Assembly (NCBI GenBank): GCA_964187785.1
Contig: OZ076409.1
Location: 49,292,001-49,356,000 of the forward strand
Direction: 5' to 3'
DNA: 64,000 nt
Source: Amphiscolops sp. MND2022
Lineage: Eukaryota
Shown: positions 22,841 to 36,200 of the stretch, piece by piece
How positions within the stretch are numbered: the first letter of the stretch is position 1
Layout: each line of letters starts with the position of its first letter
Notes under the pieces: model-generated
The model's database searches: none
What the model was told of the DNA's origin: nothing
The model's input: only the letters and a program-made list of their open reading frames with translations
Made by a program: the position numbers and the translations under genes

Positions 22841-24230
22841 TTCATATTTGTTGTATGGCTCGGTCGCTTCGTTCTCTTCGCCAAGTAGCAACATTGAGGC
22901 ATGGCCATATGGCACGTCGCTCCGCTTCGCTTCCCTCCTGCATTTAGGGCACTAGGAGTATGTGAACATAGCTGACTAGGGGAAATTGAAAATTTCATTT
23001 TTAAAATCTTTGAACGGACTTCGTTCCGGTCCGCCCGCGTCAGCCAATCAGATTGCAGAGAATTATACAGTGCTAAGTATTTCTTATGCTGGATTTCTGA
23101 AATCTTATTGGACGATAAAAATTTAATTTTATTCTTTCGGAATTGTGACCCGACACCAAATGGCAACCATGGCAACAACAATGGCAACCGCGAACATAAT
23201 ACCAAGGTTTTGTTAACCGAGCGTTTAATCATCAACTCCTTAGTTGGAAACTAAAAATCAATTGAAACTTAACAAATTTCAACAGGCTCTCTGAGACAAT
23301 TAAGTGCAGGAGTTACTAACCCCTTTTATGCCGTCATTATAAATAAACAGTCAACATAAAACTACTCAACACAACAATGACTGTAATAAAATATAAAAGG
23401 ATTAGAGTACTTTGTCATCTATGAGTACTAGCACCATGTCCAATCACGCTGAAGATAGATGTCTGACGCTTGGAGTGCGCAAGGACTCCGAAAAAATAAT
23501 TTTTATGGAAATAATGGCCATAAATTATTTATTTTTCATCACGAAAATAAAAATTATTTATTTTCAGATAGAGTTTAAGGAAATAATTTATTTCACATAC
23601 TTGAAAAAGTTTCAGAAAATTTTGGCGCCAACAGAAGTGGAAAGCAAACAAAACGCGTGATCAAAATTTCTCAATTGTCGAGCAAAAAAACACACTAAAG
23701 ACACATTATCACTCCAATGCACCAGGAAGATGAACTGTTTTTATCAATAATAAAAAATTCTGGGATGCCGAATGGATTTCCTGCATAATGCAATTTGAAT
23801 TTTGCTATTCAAATTGTTTTAGGAAATTTACCATTATTTCCATTATTTATTTTTTTCAAAAAGTTAGGGAAATAATTTATTTTTTGCGAAGGATTAGGGA
23901 AATTATTGATGGCTTTACGTCCATAAAATGCCATTTTTTTACGGAGTCCCTGGGAGTGCGTCTAACAAGCAGACCAGTCAAAAAGCATAAAAGTATTATT
24001 CGTGCTAATGAGCAGACTCGATTCCTATTTGTTGAACCTCCAGAATACAACTAAATATTTGCGTCAGAAAATCAGTCAATAAAATTATTATTATAACGTA
24101 GTCAGCTACATACCCCTAGTACCCTAAATGCAGGAGCGAAGAGAAGCGGAGCGACGTGCCATATGGCCATGCCTCAATGTTGCTACTTGGCGAAGGGAGC
24201 GAAGCGACCGAGCCATACAACAAATATGAA
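22841..24230. mobile_element. Non-autonomous DNA transposon with ~115-bp TIRs
   Basis: TTCATATTTGTTGTATGGCTCGGTCGCTTCG...CCTGCATTTAGGG at 22841-22956 is inverted at 24114-24230. Confidence 0.85.
23480..23952. mobile_element. hAT-type MITE with 8-bp TSD GGAGTGCG, nested in the above element
   Basis: GGAGTGCG-CAAGGACTCCG...CGGAGTCCCTG-GGAGTGCG. Confidence 0.88.
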
Positions 24231-24959
24231 CTTCTTCAAATAAATCACGTTTCATACATATTGACTTTAAAAGCACTCATTTCCATGATTTGTGATTCTA
24301 AGTTCTGATTGGTCAACAATTAACGTTTTGATTAAATTTTCTGCTTTTTGAGTAGTCTGCTTATTAGACGGTCTGCTTGTTAGACTCTGTTGTACTTCCC
24401 TGACGCTTCGCCTACGACACACTAACCAACTAAACACAAAACAACTTAGAATGAAAGCAATCTGTACTACCGACATGAGATGATTTCAAATCAGGAATAA
24501 GAACTATTTACGACACGAGTACCTCACAAACACAAATAGTAGAAAAGATGATGGCTTAGCGGAAATTTAGTTCACGCCATGTGCTTGTCGCTAAAAATAG
24601 TACTACCAGTGCAATTAACAAAGTAACATACTGATATTACGATTGATGAAATCGTTTCAACTGTCCGACTAAGGTATATCAACAACAAGCATGGAAGTAA
24701 AATGCTCAGCTAAAAATAACTTAAAAGAAAACAACTTTTGCGTTGATCTAAGACGTTAAAGAATCGAGAAGATAATAAGGTGGAAATGAAGCGCTCTGAG
24801 ACTATCGGAGTGACTACATTTTAATCAATCAAAACAGATCATCACTTACAGGCAAAATTATGCGTCCCAACAATGTCTCAATGAATTACTAGGTTAAAAA
24901 ACACGTCGCTATTACGTAAACATCAGAATATAAACTAGCAATTAGAAGTAATGTATGTA

Positions 24960-26478
24960 CCCCGTACTGGAAACCCACCGCAACCCACCGGTGACCACCG
25001 GTGTATCACCGGTGGCCACCGGTGGAAGACGTTCATAAGTTTTGATCCGTAATTCCACCGGTGGCCACCGGTGATCCACCGGTGGCCACCGGTGAAACTT
25101 TTTTTTTGAAAAATTCGAATTCAAAATTATTAATTCAAATTTTGACGGTCATTCTTTTTTGGGTTTCATTCATGTTTTTACTGTTATATTGTTACTTATT
25201 GATTTCTGAGGGTTACCTTAATGTCCCGGGTAGCATTAAGGGCGCTTTTCGGCACCGCGTATCCTGTAGCCGCAAGATAGGTAGGATTTTCACCATTTTT
25301 GGGGGTATTTTTGTTAATTTTTCCACCCGAAAACTAGATTTTGTAGTCAAATTATTTTAATAATTTATTGATTTTGGTGTACCAGAATTATGAAAGTAAT
25401 ACTCCTATAAAATCTAGTTTTCGGGTGGAAAAAGTAACGAAATATCACCCCTAAAAAGGCAACAAAAAAGCCTAAAAAGAGCGCAAATTTTGCGAAAACC
25501 ATGGGATTCAAATCTACTCTTGAGTACAATTGAGATCTATATTTGGATACGTATCCAAATATAGATCTAAATTGTACTCAAGAGTAGATTTGAATCCCAT
25601 GGTTTTCGCAAAATTTGCTCTCTTTTTAGGCTTTTTTGTTGCCTTTTTAGGGGTGATATTTCGTTACTTTTTCCACCCGAAAACTAGATTTTATAGGAGT
25701 ATTACTTTCATAATTCTTTGATTTTAGTGTATCGAAATATAGATCTCAATTGTATTCATGAGTAGTTTTGAATCCCATGGTTTTCGCAAAATTTGCGCTT
25801 TTTCAGGCTTTTTTGCCATTTTTGGGTGATATTTCGTTAATTTTTCCACCCAAAAACTAGATTTTATAGTCAAATTATTTTCATAATTTATTGATTTTGA
25901 TGTATCCAAATATAGATCTCAATTGTATTCAAGAGAAGATTTGAATCCCATGGTTTCCGCAAAATTTGCGCTTTTTTTGAGCATTTTTGTTACCATTTTT
26001 GGGTGAAAGTTCGTTAATTGTTCCACCCAAAAACAAGATTTTATAGGAGTATTATTTTCATAATTCATTGATTTTAGTGTATCCAAATATAGTGATATGA
26101 ATTGTATTCACTAATAGATTTGAATCCTATGATTTCCACAAAATTTGCGCTCTTTTAAGGTGTTTTTGGCTGATAATTCGTTAATTTTTGCTCTATAGTT
26201 CTGTTAAACTTCTGCCGATTTTTGCTGGACCTGCATCATCCTTGTACCATCGGTAGAAGAATCGGTGACCACCGGTGGAACTACGGTGACCACTGGTGGA
26301 ACTACGGTGACCACCGGTGGAATCTTCGGTGGGCCACCGGTGGGACTGTGAGTACCTCCACCGGTGGTCCACCTGTGGCCACCGCAAAATCTGCGGATGC
26401 CACCGCAGTGGTCCACCGGTGGGGCTTCGGTGGAACATCGGTGACCACCGGTGGACTGCGGTTGATTTCCAACCCGGG
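24960..26478. mobile_element. TA-flanked TIR element with CCACCGGTGG subterminal arrays and an internal ~175-bp repeat array
   Basis: TA-CCCCGTACTGGAAACCCACCGC ... GCGGTTGATTTCCAACCCGGG-TA; many CCACCGGTGG palindromes at both ends. Confidence 0.75.
25384..25717. repeat. Spacerless palindrome with 167-bp arms
   Basis: Centre TTGGATAC|GTATCCAA at 25550/25551; arms match apart from about 2 positions. Confidence 0.92.
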
Positions 26479-26542
26479 TACCGCATTGGTGAAACTACGT
26501 TAAACCAAAGTGATAATTATATTTCATAGGTGAATTTTCCTT

Positions 26543-27707
26543 TCAGTGAGCAAATCGTTACATTTGGAATTAGGAAAAGGTCATAAATTACATTGATTTA
26601 ATACTCATACTCTTTACTCCCATTGGTCCAAGATTAACTGATTTCAAGAATGCATTCAATTAATTATGAGTTGCGCGAATTTTACCTCAACTTGTGTTTA
26701 AATATATTATCGTATATTGTCATGATAACGTTGTAAAGTTAACGTATCATTTTGGTTATTCAATACTGGGAGTTGCTGGAATAACTCCTGTAAACGTTTG
26801 TTGCTATTTAACCTATTGACATTAGTGATTAAAATGCATCACTCCTAATTTGCTTGGATTACAAACCCCCACTAACTCCACCACTCAGTCTGACCTTCTC
26901 CTGAAGTTCCAGACTGTTTCCGCCAAGAAGTCGATCCCTGTGTTTTTCAAGTTATGGCTTAGCCAGAGCTTTGGTCATCAGGTCTGCACACATGTCTTCC
27001 GTTGCACAGTATTGGAGTTCGACAGTTCCGTCCTCTACCCTCTCTCTGACGAAATGGTGTTTGATGTCTATGTGCTTAGTTCGCTTCTGCATCACAGGAT
27101 TCTTGTACATCTTGACGCAGCTTTGGTTGTCCTCTTGTATGACTGTGGCTCCCTCTGACTTGACACCCATCTCTTCCAATAAAGATCTCAGGTAGAGAAC
27201 CTCTAGGACCGATGCTGCCATTGCTTGATATTCTGCCTCGCTGCTCGAAATAGCAGCTTTTGGTTGCTTCTTTGAGTTCCAGCTGATCGCCGCTCCTTCC
27301 TTCTGGACCATGAATGCAAAACCAGTTGTTGACCGTCTGTCATCGGCGTCACTGGCCCAGTCCGCGTCGCATGCTCCAAAAAATGCTCAGTGAGCAAATC
27401 GTTACATTTGGAATTAGGAAAAGGTCACAAATTACATTGATTTAATACTCATACTCTTTACTCCCATTGGTCCAAGATTAACTAACTGATTTCAAGAATG
27501 CATTCAATTAATTATGAGTTGCGCGAATTTTATCTCAACTTGTGTTTAAATATATTATCGTATATTGTCATGATAACGTTGTAAAGTTAATGGATCATTT
27601 TGGTTATTCAATACTGGGAGTTGCTGGAATAACTCCTGTAAACGTTTGTTGCTATTTAACCTATTGACATTAGTGATTAAAATGCATCACTCCTAATTTG
27701 CTTGGAT
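26543..27707. repeat. ~320-bp direct repeats (26543-26859, 27387-27707) flanking a Copia fragment
   Basis: TCAGTGAGCAAATCG...TGCTTGGAT occurs twice, nearly identical. Confidence 0.92.
26860..27386 (-). pseudogene. Ty1/Copia RNase H domain fragment ending at a polypurine-tract-like sequence
   Basis: CDADWASD..DRRSTTG, ISWNSKKQ, SSSEAEY, EDNQSC, KRTKHIDIKHHFVRE, ADLMTKAL; then AGTGGGGGT. Confidence 0.93.
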
Positions 27708-27810
27708 GATATGAATTCGATCCCAAAATGCACTATAATCGAATCCTAGAATTCTTTTTTCCACAGATTGATAATCTCTGATTTTTAATTGAGAATTGTA
27801 AACTGACAGA

Positions 27811-29050
27811 TGTTCCCCCATCCTTGAATGATCGAACATATTGGTCAGGTCCGCCCGGGTCATGCCGTCATACCGCCATTTCAGGAAAAACTGGGTTGTT
27901 CGATTAAAACAAAACTGTCAGTTCCGGTCCTTCATCGGCATTTTAAGATCTTTTCCTTGTTTGCCTTAAAAGTGACTCACGATATTACTAATGACATTCA
28001 AGACTAGTATCAACGACTAGTATATTTCAAGGTTTTAAGTGTTCATGTTGAGTCGTGTCGTGTGAACCATCTCAGTTGCGGACTTGCCTTAAGATCAAGG
28101 AATATTCTTTAGGAACAATTTGGGTAGGCAGGTGTGAATGAAAGATGCTAAGAGGGTATAAATATGTGGAGGTCTGAAAACTGAGGATTAGTCTTGTTAA
28201 TTGTTGAACTGTTAACTTTGCTTTCGTTTGAAATTGAAACTTAACTGTCAAAATTGAATCTTATAGTTTTACGAAATGACTACGAGGAACCAGAAAAGAA
28301 AAACAACTGCATTGGTGAGTGACGAGGTCATAGGGTCTTCCTCAAACGGTATCCCTAGGGTGGAAAGTGTCGAAATAAACGATCAGGTGATCCGCGTAGC
28401 AAGCACGTCAGAAAGTCTCACAGAAAAATCAAGTGCCTTACAACTAGAGAAATTCAAAGTATACATGAATAGGGAAATTTCAAACAGAAATCAAAACCTT
28501 GTTCGCTCAGTCTCAGAAGAACTTCGTTCAGACTTTGAAAGCCGATGGCAAGGGAAATCCAACGAGCATTCAGGAATCGCCTAATTGCTCTTCAACCAGG
28601 GTTTTGACATCGCTAACTTTTTCCGCTAATCGCTAAACTGCTAATTTGAAAATCGCCTTTTCGCTGAAAAGCTGTTTCTGCAAACTATTAAATATTTAGG
28701 TTCAAGTATGTTTCAAAAAACTTATTCGGTTTTTGGAAGAAAAAAGGCAAGAATTTTTTGTACTGTGCGAGTTTGACAAGGGTAAGAGTTGGAATTTTTC
28801 CAAAATTCATTTTAAAACACCGTTTATGCCCAGAAGAAATTTTGAATTTGGACGGTCTGTTAGTTACCGCTAATTTGAATCGCTAATGAAATCGCTGAAA
28901 AATACCTGCGCGGCCGCTAATTCGCTAAATCGCTGATTAGCGGTGTCAAAACTCTGTCTTCAACTAATACGTACTCTTAATCTAACAGAATAATACGCTT
29001 TCACTAGGAAGAAGATTGCGAGCTTAGTGAGTATTGTAACCCATGTAACA
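27811..29050 (+). mobile_element. Probable degenerate solo LTR carrying an MTTRNQKRK... ORF (28276-28584)
   Basis: TGTT...CATGTAACA termini, TATAAA near 28157, and an ORF start similar to the 12.7-kb LTR ORF. TSD does not match cleanly. Confidence 0.5.
28597..28956. mobile_element. hAT-type MITE with 8-bp TSD TCTTCAAC
   Basis: TCTTCAAC-CAGGGTTTTGACA...TGTCAAAACTCTG-TCTTCAAC, with CGCTAA subterminal repeats. Confidence 0.92.
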
Positions 29051-30279
29051 GTCGAAGTCACAAGTCAGAACTGATACGCTTTGAGGAGTTTGTAACTTTT
29101 GAGGCATTATTGTAAGAACAGTGGAACTCAGAAGTACTAAACTTTGAATAGAAACAACTTATAAGTTCGCCATTTTCAGGCATTTCGTGGTTACCAGGGT
29201 AATTTTTGACCAATTAATTTTATGCCACAAGTTACTATAATCGCAGTAGCAAACAATTGAGGGCGTCTGATTGTTTTCATCAAAATTAATAAAATATGCA
29301 TATTTGCCTCGCTTCATTTTCTACACGAAGTTCGAAGTACAAATGGTTTTATTAATCGTAACATGAGGTCTACGAGTGTTTTTTTTTATGATTCCACTAC
29401 GATAGCCTCGATGGCGCTGTGAGAGTCCGTCCCGACAGTGCCTCTAAATCCTATTTCCAGTAATTTTTGGTTTTGTTTTTAAAAACAACGTTTTAGATAA
29501 CTTCCGGTGGAGTTGGTTGTGAGCTGAAATCTTCATGCTCTTCGTGTTTCCCCGTTATACATTATTTTCTCGGAATTTGCGAAGATTTCTGGTACTTCTT
29601 GGACTTCCTAGAATTTTTAAAAATAAAAACTCCAGTTTTGTGCTTTTTTCCTGAAGAATGCCTTTTCTAAAAATGTTGCAAAATTATTCACTTTCTTACC
29701 ATGCTGGTAATAATCTTGTCAAAGTATTTATCAATAGATTCAAGCAAGTGCATGTTCCGAGAGTTTTCACACCGGTGGATGCATCGAACGAATTTCATTA
29801 AGGCCCCTTTTGTATCAAGTGAGTGGACAAAAAATCCTGCGTTTTCAATTTTCAGAGGTACTTCTTACAAAAGAGGCGTTACAAGATAAGTCTTACAAAG
29901 AAGGCGTTAGATTTCTCACCGGACGATAAGCTTGACCTGAAATCTCATTTTTTTTGTTCATGCTAAATTAAATATCAATGGATAAATATCAAAAGCATTG
30001 CTCTGAACTGTGTCAACTCAATCTCAGGTTCACGTTTTTAAATTAGTTCAATTACATTGTTTTAGTAATTCAGTTTTTGAAATGAACATAATTTATGCTC
30101 AGTTTTACCAAGTCGCTCTTATACATTGTAACCACTGCAACGCGTGACACTTCGTTCATTCAAAACACAAAACTTGCATCAAATTGACTCGTAACATAGG
30201 CCTCTCTAACAATTAAATTTCTTTCAAATTGTTTCTACTGAATTTTTACATTCGAGAACTTATTACGTGAAGAAGCGAG

Positions 30280-33200
30280 ATGGCCGAGGAGGAATCAAGG
30301 GATAGAGATCAAGGCAGAGATGATCAGCCACAACGAGAACAGCAGCAACAGGGATGTTATGATTTATTCTGTTGACAAAACCCTCAAGTCCAAACGAATA
30401 ACCCGATCATTTTGAATTTTTTTGGTTTATCAAAGAACCTGAGAAAAAGAGGACACGAACACGAAAAAGGCTCTAATTTTGGATATATATAAAAGATTTT
30501 AAGAAGAAGAAAACAGCTATTTTAATGTCTGCAGAAACATCTATTTTCAGTATCCCTGCATCATATAAATGAATGGCATATGCAATTTATTTATATGCTG
30601 CAGGGGTGCTGAAGATAGATAGAGCCTTATGGAGCCTTAAAAATAAGATTACTTTTGTTTTTGTTGGTCTTAATGCAAAATGAAACCAAAACGTTTTCTC
30701 CAAATGTATTCTGAGAACATTGACACATCATTTTTTGTCTATGAGGTTAATTTCTCTCAGTTTTTTTGATGACGTCAAATGATATCTCTGTAACGATGCC
30801 AGAGGGGAGGACCTAGAGATTCTGAGCACAAAGAGGAAGAGGAAGGGGGAGAGAAGCAACAGCAGCAGTCGACCCAGGACTCAGTCAAGAAGCAGTGTGA
30901 CGTCTGTGGAAAAAAATTCAAGGAACTCAACTACTGTGTCCACTGTGCCATCTCTGTCTGCCTGGGATGCAGGTCGGTTAATTAACAGTAATGCTGTAAT
31001 TAATGCATTAACAATTAATACTGTAGTTAACTGCAACACTATTTTTTTAGCTATTAGTAGTTAACTTCTTTCGTTTGCTAGACAAATTCTTGAGAAGTAA
31101 TTCAACTTGAATTTGATATTTTGATAGCATCAACACTGATTTCGTGTTTTACAGATGAAAAAAGAAAAAATTGAAGCAGTCAAAATTTCTCCATGTTAAC
31201 GGATTTTCATGAAACGACATGTGATTCCAGAACTCATTTTAATAATGGTCGCCATTTTCATACATGTATTTGCAAATAACCTAGGTTCCTTGTACATTTA
31301 TACGGTTAATTAAATGATTTCAATTTCCCTTGTTCCCTTTCCAAAATTGCTTCCATGTTTAGTGTGTTAATCGATGCTTTTTCATAGCTTCTCGTTGGAA
31401 ACCTTTTTCGGCATTGAAAAATCCATTATCAATGTAAGTCAAAGATTCTTCAAAAACAATAATAAAGATTACTTAGCTCAATTTAAATATAAAATTAGCG
31501 ACTTCCACCGTACGGCGACAACTCATATCAAGCGACAACTCATATCAAGCGACAACTCATATCAGGCGACAACTCATATCAATTTGGAAAAGCGACAACT
31601 CATATCAAGCGATAACTCATATCAATCAAAACTCATGTCAGAAAATTTATTCCAAATAATTCAGGATATAATTAGAGAAAATTAAAATAATTGATAAATA
31701 ATTGTTAAAAATAATAATAAAAATAACAATAATAATAATAATTGAATTTATCTGGTGACACATAATTGAGATACAAATATCAAATCAAGTTACAATAAAA
31801 ATACACCAGAAAAGACTCCCAAAGGGTTTACGCCCGCTGGAAGGGAGCCTTAGCGAATTAAAAACAACAGAGTGTATGATTAACAAGATTAATCATACTG
31901 ACTAAACCTATAGTCAAATGAGAAAATTCTAAGACAACAATGAAAAAAAAACGAGACGGAAGAAAAGTATCGGAAAGAGAACAGAAAAATACCTTCAGTA
32001 CTTGACATTTGCTTCATCGGCAGTGGACGAGCTAAGCCCTAGTATCTAAAGCGATTCAACTCCCAACCAACTAAAACGTACAGAGATATTTCGGGAAAAA
32101 CGTCAAAAAAAGGTGAAAAAATCCGAACTCAGAGCGACTTAATACATCATTTTGGTGAAATTTGCCGATGCAACCCCCCTCTACTTACAGCGGAATGTGC
32201 CATGTAAACCTCAGAGAGGCTTACATAGAGGACATGGACCGTCTAACTGAGACCATGCAGGGGGAAGCATCGGCATTTAGTGGGATACTCATTGGTTAAC
32301 CCATGAATATTCCACTAATGCATTCTTTTCCAAAAATGGGAAAACTACAATAAATATAAGGTGGAGAATGATAATAGCACGGTCAATTAAAGCATTAAAA
32401 GAGGGTAGCTAAGAAGTAAACTGAAAAAATGTGAAGGATATTAAAGAAAAATCCTTTAGCTTGTAGGTAGGCAATCATATGATCAAAAAGGTTCCAAGCT
32501 CCTGAGCACAGCAGAGAAGAGGCTTTATTTGAGTCCACTTTGGGGACTTCATTGCTTGGCTTTCCAGCTTCACGTTCACTGTTAGCAGGGGAAGCTTCAC
32601 TGAAGTTCATAAACAAACCTGACAATCTCCATATTCCCGATTAAATAGCTTCTGAGGAACCTATGACACAACACTTTGAGCGCGTCTTCAGACAAGTTTT
32701 CGAGGTCATCATTTTCCGGTAAAACACACCAATGCTTAAGTTTGTTATAAAACCTAGGGACACGTATTGAGAGCGACTGTCGATACATTTTATTGTAGGA
32801 GACAGGTTCGATCGCGAGCTCGAGTTTCTTATTCCTCAAGTGGTAATCGCTTTGGGATACAGGTTTGAGGATGTCGTTGAGGACTTGGACAGGATGACCA
32901 GTTGATAGCGAGGCCACTATGAACTTGAACAGTTCATAGACATGGAATTCATGAACGGTAGGAAGTTCATTTTTTATCATTAGAGAGTCAACGCTTGCAA
33001 ATTTCTCAAGGAAGAACATAGTTCACAAAATTTTCTTTTGTAATGTATACATAGGGCTGAGAATGGAATAAGACGTACAGCCGTATATCAGAGCACCATA
33101 TTGGATGAGTGGATTCACATGTAATTTATAGTAAACCAGTACTTGAGATTTGGTCAGAAGATCGCGAGAACGCCTAACAGTATGATGGCAAAAATTCAAC

Positions 33201-36200
33201 TTCTGTTTGATTTTAGCTACATGATCTTTGAAGCAGAGAGAATCGTCAATAATAACACCCAAATACTTCAGATTATGCTTCATTTCAATCACCAGTGAGC
33301 CCAAGTGCAAATCAGATTCTGATGACTTGTCAAAGATTATGGCTTTCGATTTGTCCAGGTTGCATTTCAGCTTATTAGAGTTCATCCAATTGTCGACTTT
33401 TGAGATGGTTTCAGTCAGTGTATCTTGGTTGCCGTTTACTACTTTTTCAAAAATATTTGTGTCGTCTGCAAATATTGTAATATTAGAGTTCGCGACATCA
33501 GGTAGATCATTGATGTAGAGGAGAAATAGCAGAGGTCCAAGAACTGACCCTTGTGGAAAACCACAAGCTACCGATCATAAAGAAAATTTATGGTTCTCAA
33601 CTTGTAGAAACTGATAGCGATTCTGTAAGAAGGAAGACAATAGGGAGAAGATAGGGCCCCGGAAACCAGATCGATGGAGTTTATCAAATAGGATTTTATG
33701 GTCAAGAGTGTCAAATGCTTTTCTCAAATCAAGGAAAACGCAGACCGAAGGAATTTTCAAAAACCTAGCGTGTCTCACTTCTTCGACCACACAAGCCAGA
33801 GCGTCGATGGTTTTGCGTTTTTTACGAAAACCGAATTAACTATCGTTGAGGATTTTGAATTGATCGATGAATTTTATCATTCTCGTGTAAATTATGCGTT
33901 TCATTACTTTACCGAAAACTGGTAACAAAGAAATTGGGCGGTAATTAGAGAAATCTTCTTTATTGCCCTCTTTATAGATGGGAACCACCTTAGCTACTTT
34001 TAGGAGATCGGGGAAGCAACCCTGCTGTAAACAGCGATTTATGAGAATGGTCAAAGGTCCAATCAACGAATTTGTGCTCATTTTCAAGAGCTAGGAACTT
34101 ACACCATCAGGACCGGATGATGTTTTACCTTTCATTTCATTCAATACCTTCTGGATTTCAAGCTCATCTGTTTGTCGCAGAAACATAGATTGTAAATGAC
34201 AAGGGATGTTTGAGATCCGAGTGTTTGATTGAATGGTATTATGGAGAGCTGGACCGATGTTAACAAAAAAGTCATTGAAACTGTCAACGTTGGCCTGACT
34301 CATGATTGTTGGAAAAATGGGTCTTTGCATTTTACCAATAACTTTATTGAGGTTTTTATGAAAACTTTTGCTATCATGCGCACATTCTGGGAAAGATGAC
34401 TGAACGAATTCCTTTTTTCGGTTTTTGAGGTGCGTTTTAACATAATTTCTGTAATGTACAAAGGTGTCGCGTTTAATTTCGTCATTTTTGCTGCGGCAAT
34501 ACTCAAGATAGAGCTGGTCACGTTTAATAATAAGTCTTTTGCACTTATTATCTAACCAGGGTTTAGTATTGATCACTATTGTTTTTTCAGGTGCGACTTT
34601 GTCAGCAGCCGTAATGACAATTTGTATCAATTTATTGAAACCATCTTCAAGATTGACCAATTCCCAATTGGTTTGACAACAAAGGTAATTTAGCAGGGAA
34701 AAGTATTCGCGTTGTTGGCATTCAATGTTCTTGTAATTTCTATACGAACACGTGTTTTTGGAAGCAATAAAACAGTCTCAAATCTGGTCCAAACAAAAAA
34801 GTGATCAGTTATAGTCGAATGATATACTTTTCTCGTTGACATTGGTAAATTACTGTAAATATGATCTATGCAAGACTTGGAATCTCTTTGCTGTCTTGTG
34901 ATATCAAGAGGACTGCATAATTTCAGAGTATGACTCGACATGATATCCAACAATTCGATGGAGTATTTCGTTTGTTTCAGAAGATGTATGTTAAAATCGC
35001 CCATGATTATTATATTCCTGCCATTTTCGCACACTCTTAGGCACTCTTCGGCCAACAATTCTAGATACTTAGGTTCTTTGATTTTCAAATGACATCTGTA
35101 TGTTACGCCAACAAATAGTTTATTAGGAGATAAAATTTCAACAAGAAGCCATTCACGAACTGTGTCATTCAGTGCAACACGATAGCTGATGTTTTTGTCT
35201 AACCATAAAGCTACACCGCCTCTTTCACCGAAAGAGCAATTACAATCTATCAATTCATGATAACCTTTGAGATCAAATTTCTTCAGATCACTGCTATCAT
35301 TAAGCCATGTTTCAGTTGCACCAATGATACTAGGTTTTATATTCTCATTCGCCAAGAAGGCTTCGAGTTCAACGAAATGGCTGTTTAAGCATCTTACGTT
35401 AGCATTCAGGACGTTCACTTTCCAAAATTGGCTGCCCTCATTAAGAAACTTAATGGTCTGATTCATTCGAGGGTAAGAGTTCGTTGTTATTCCGAAAACT
35501 ACCAGTTGCAATCGGCGTTTCTTGGGGATTCAGATTGTTTTTATTCACTGGTGATTTGCTGTAAAGATGGACCAATAAGCTATCTAGCTCATTATTGTCT
35601 TTACAAGCACGAATTTTTCGCATAAAGTTCTTCTCGAGACATTGGCGGGTCAATATTTTCCAGAGGTCTTTTTGGCATTCGTTGAACTCCTTTGAACAAA
35701 AGGGTTGGAGGAGGGTTTTGGATTTTGCGGTCGAAGGCCATGGAAGACTTAGGCTTTGAACGTTTTTTGATCGCCTTGTCAGCCAGATCGTCGATTTGTT
35801 TCGTGCTTCTCGCTTCAATATGTTGTTTTTGCCCATTCCCGGCATCTACCAGCACGTTCACTGCACAATTGTTGGTAACTGTCATGAGATTTTTTGAAAC
35901 TGCATATTTCTGGAGGGCTCTATCGTGCGGAGGCAGTCTTTCGTTGATGAAGACTGGTTCATTATTGTTGGGATTGCGATAACGTTTCAATAACTTCTTG
36001 TTCAGCCACGATGTTAAAAATTATTGTTGAAACTGTCAACGTTGGCCTGACTCATGATTGTTGGAAAAATGGGTCTTTGCATTTTACCAATAACTTTATT
36101 GAGGTTTTTATGAAAACTTTTGCTATCATGCGCACATTCTGGGAAAGATGACTGAACGAATTCCTTTTTTCGGTTTTTGAGGTGCGTTTTAACATAATTT

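Noticed and set aside
22478..23235. ORFs with repeated HKSENKFGL / FSDLCNPN peptides
   Set aside because: They are translations of the 27-bp minisatellite, open in several frames on both strands.
26193..26529. Several overlapping ORFs (HRW / PPVVT repeats)
   Set aside because: Produced by stop-free CCACCGGTGG subterminal repeats of a TIR element.
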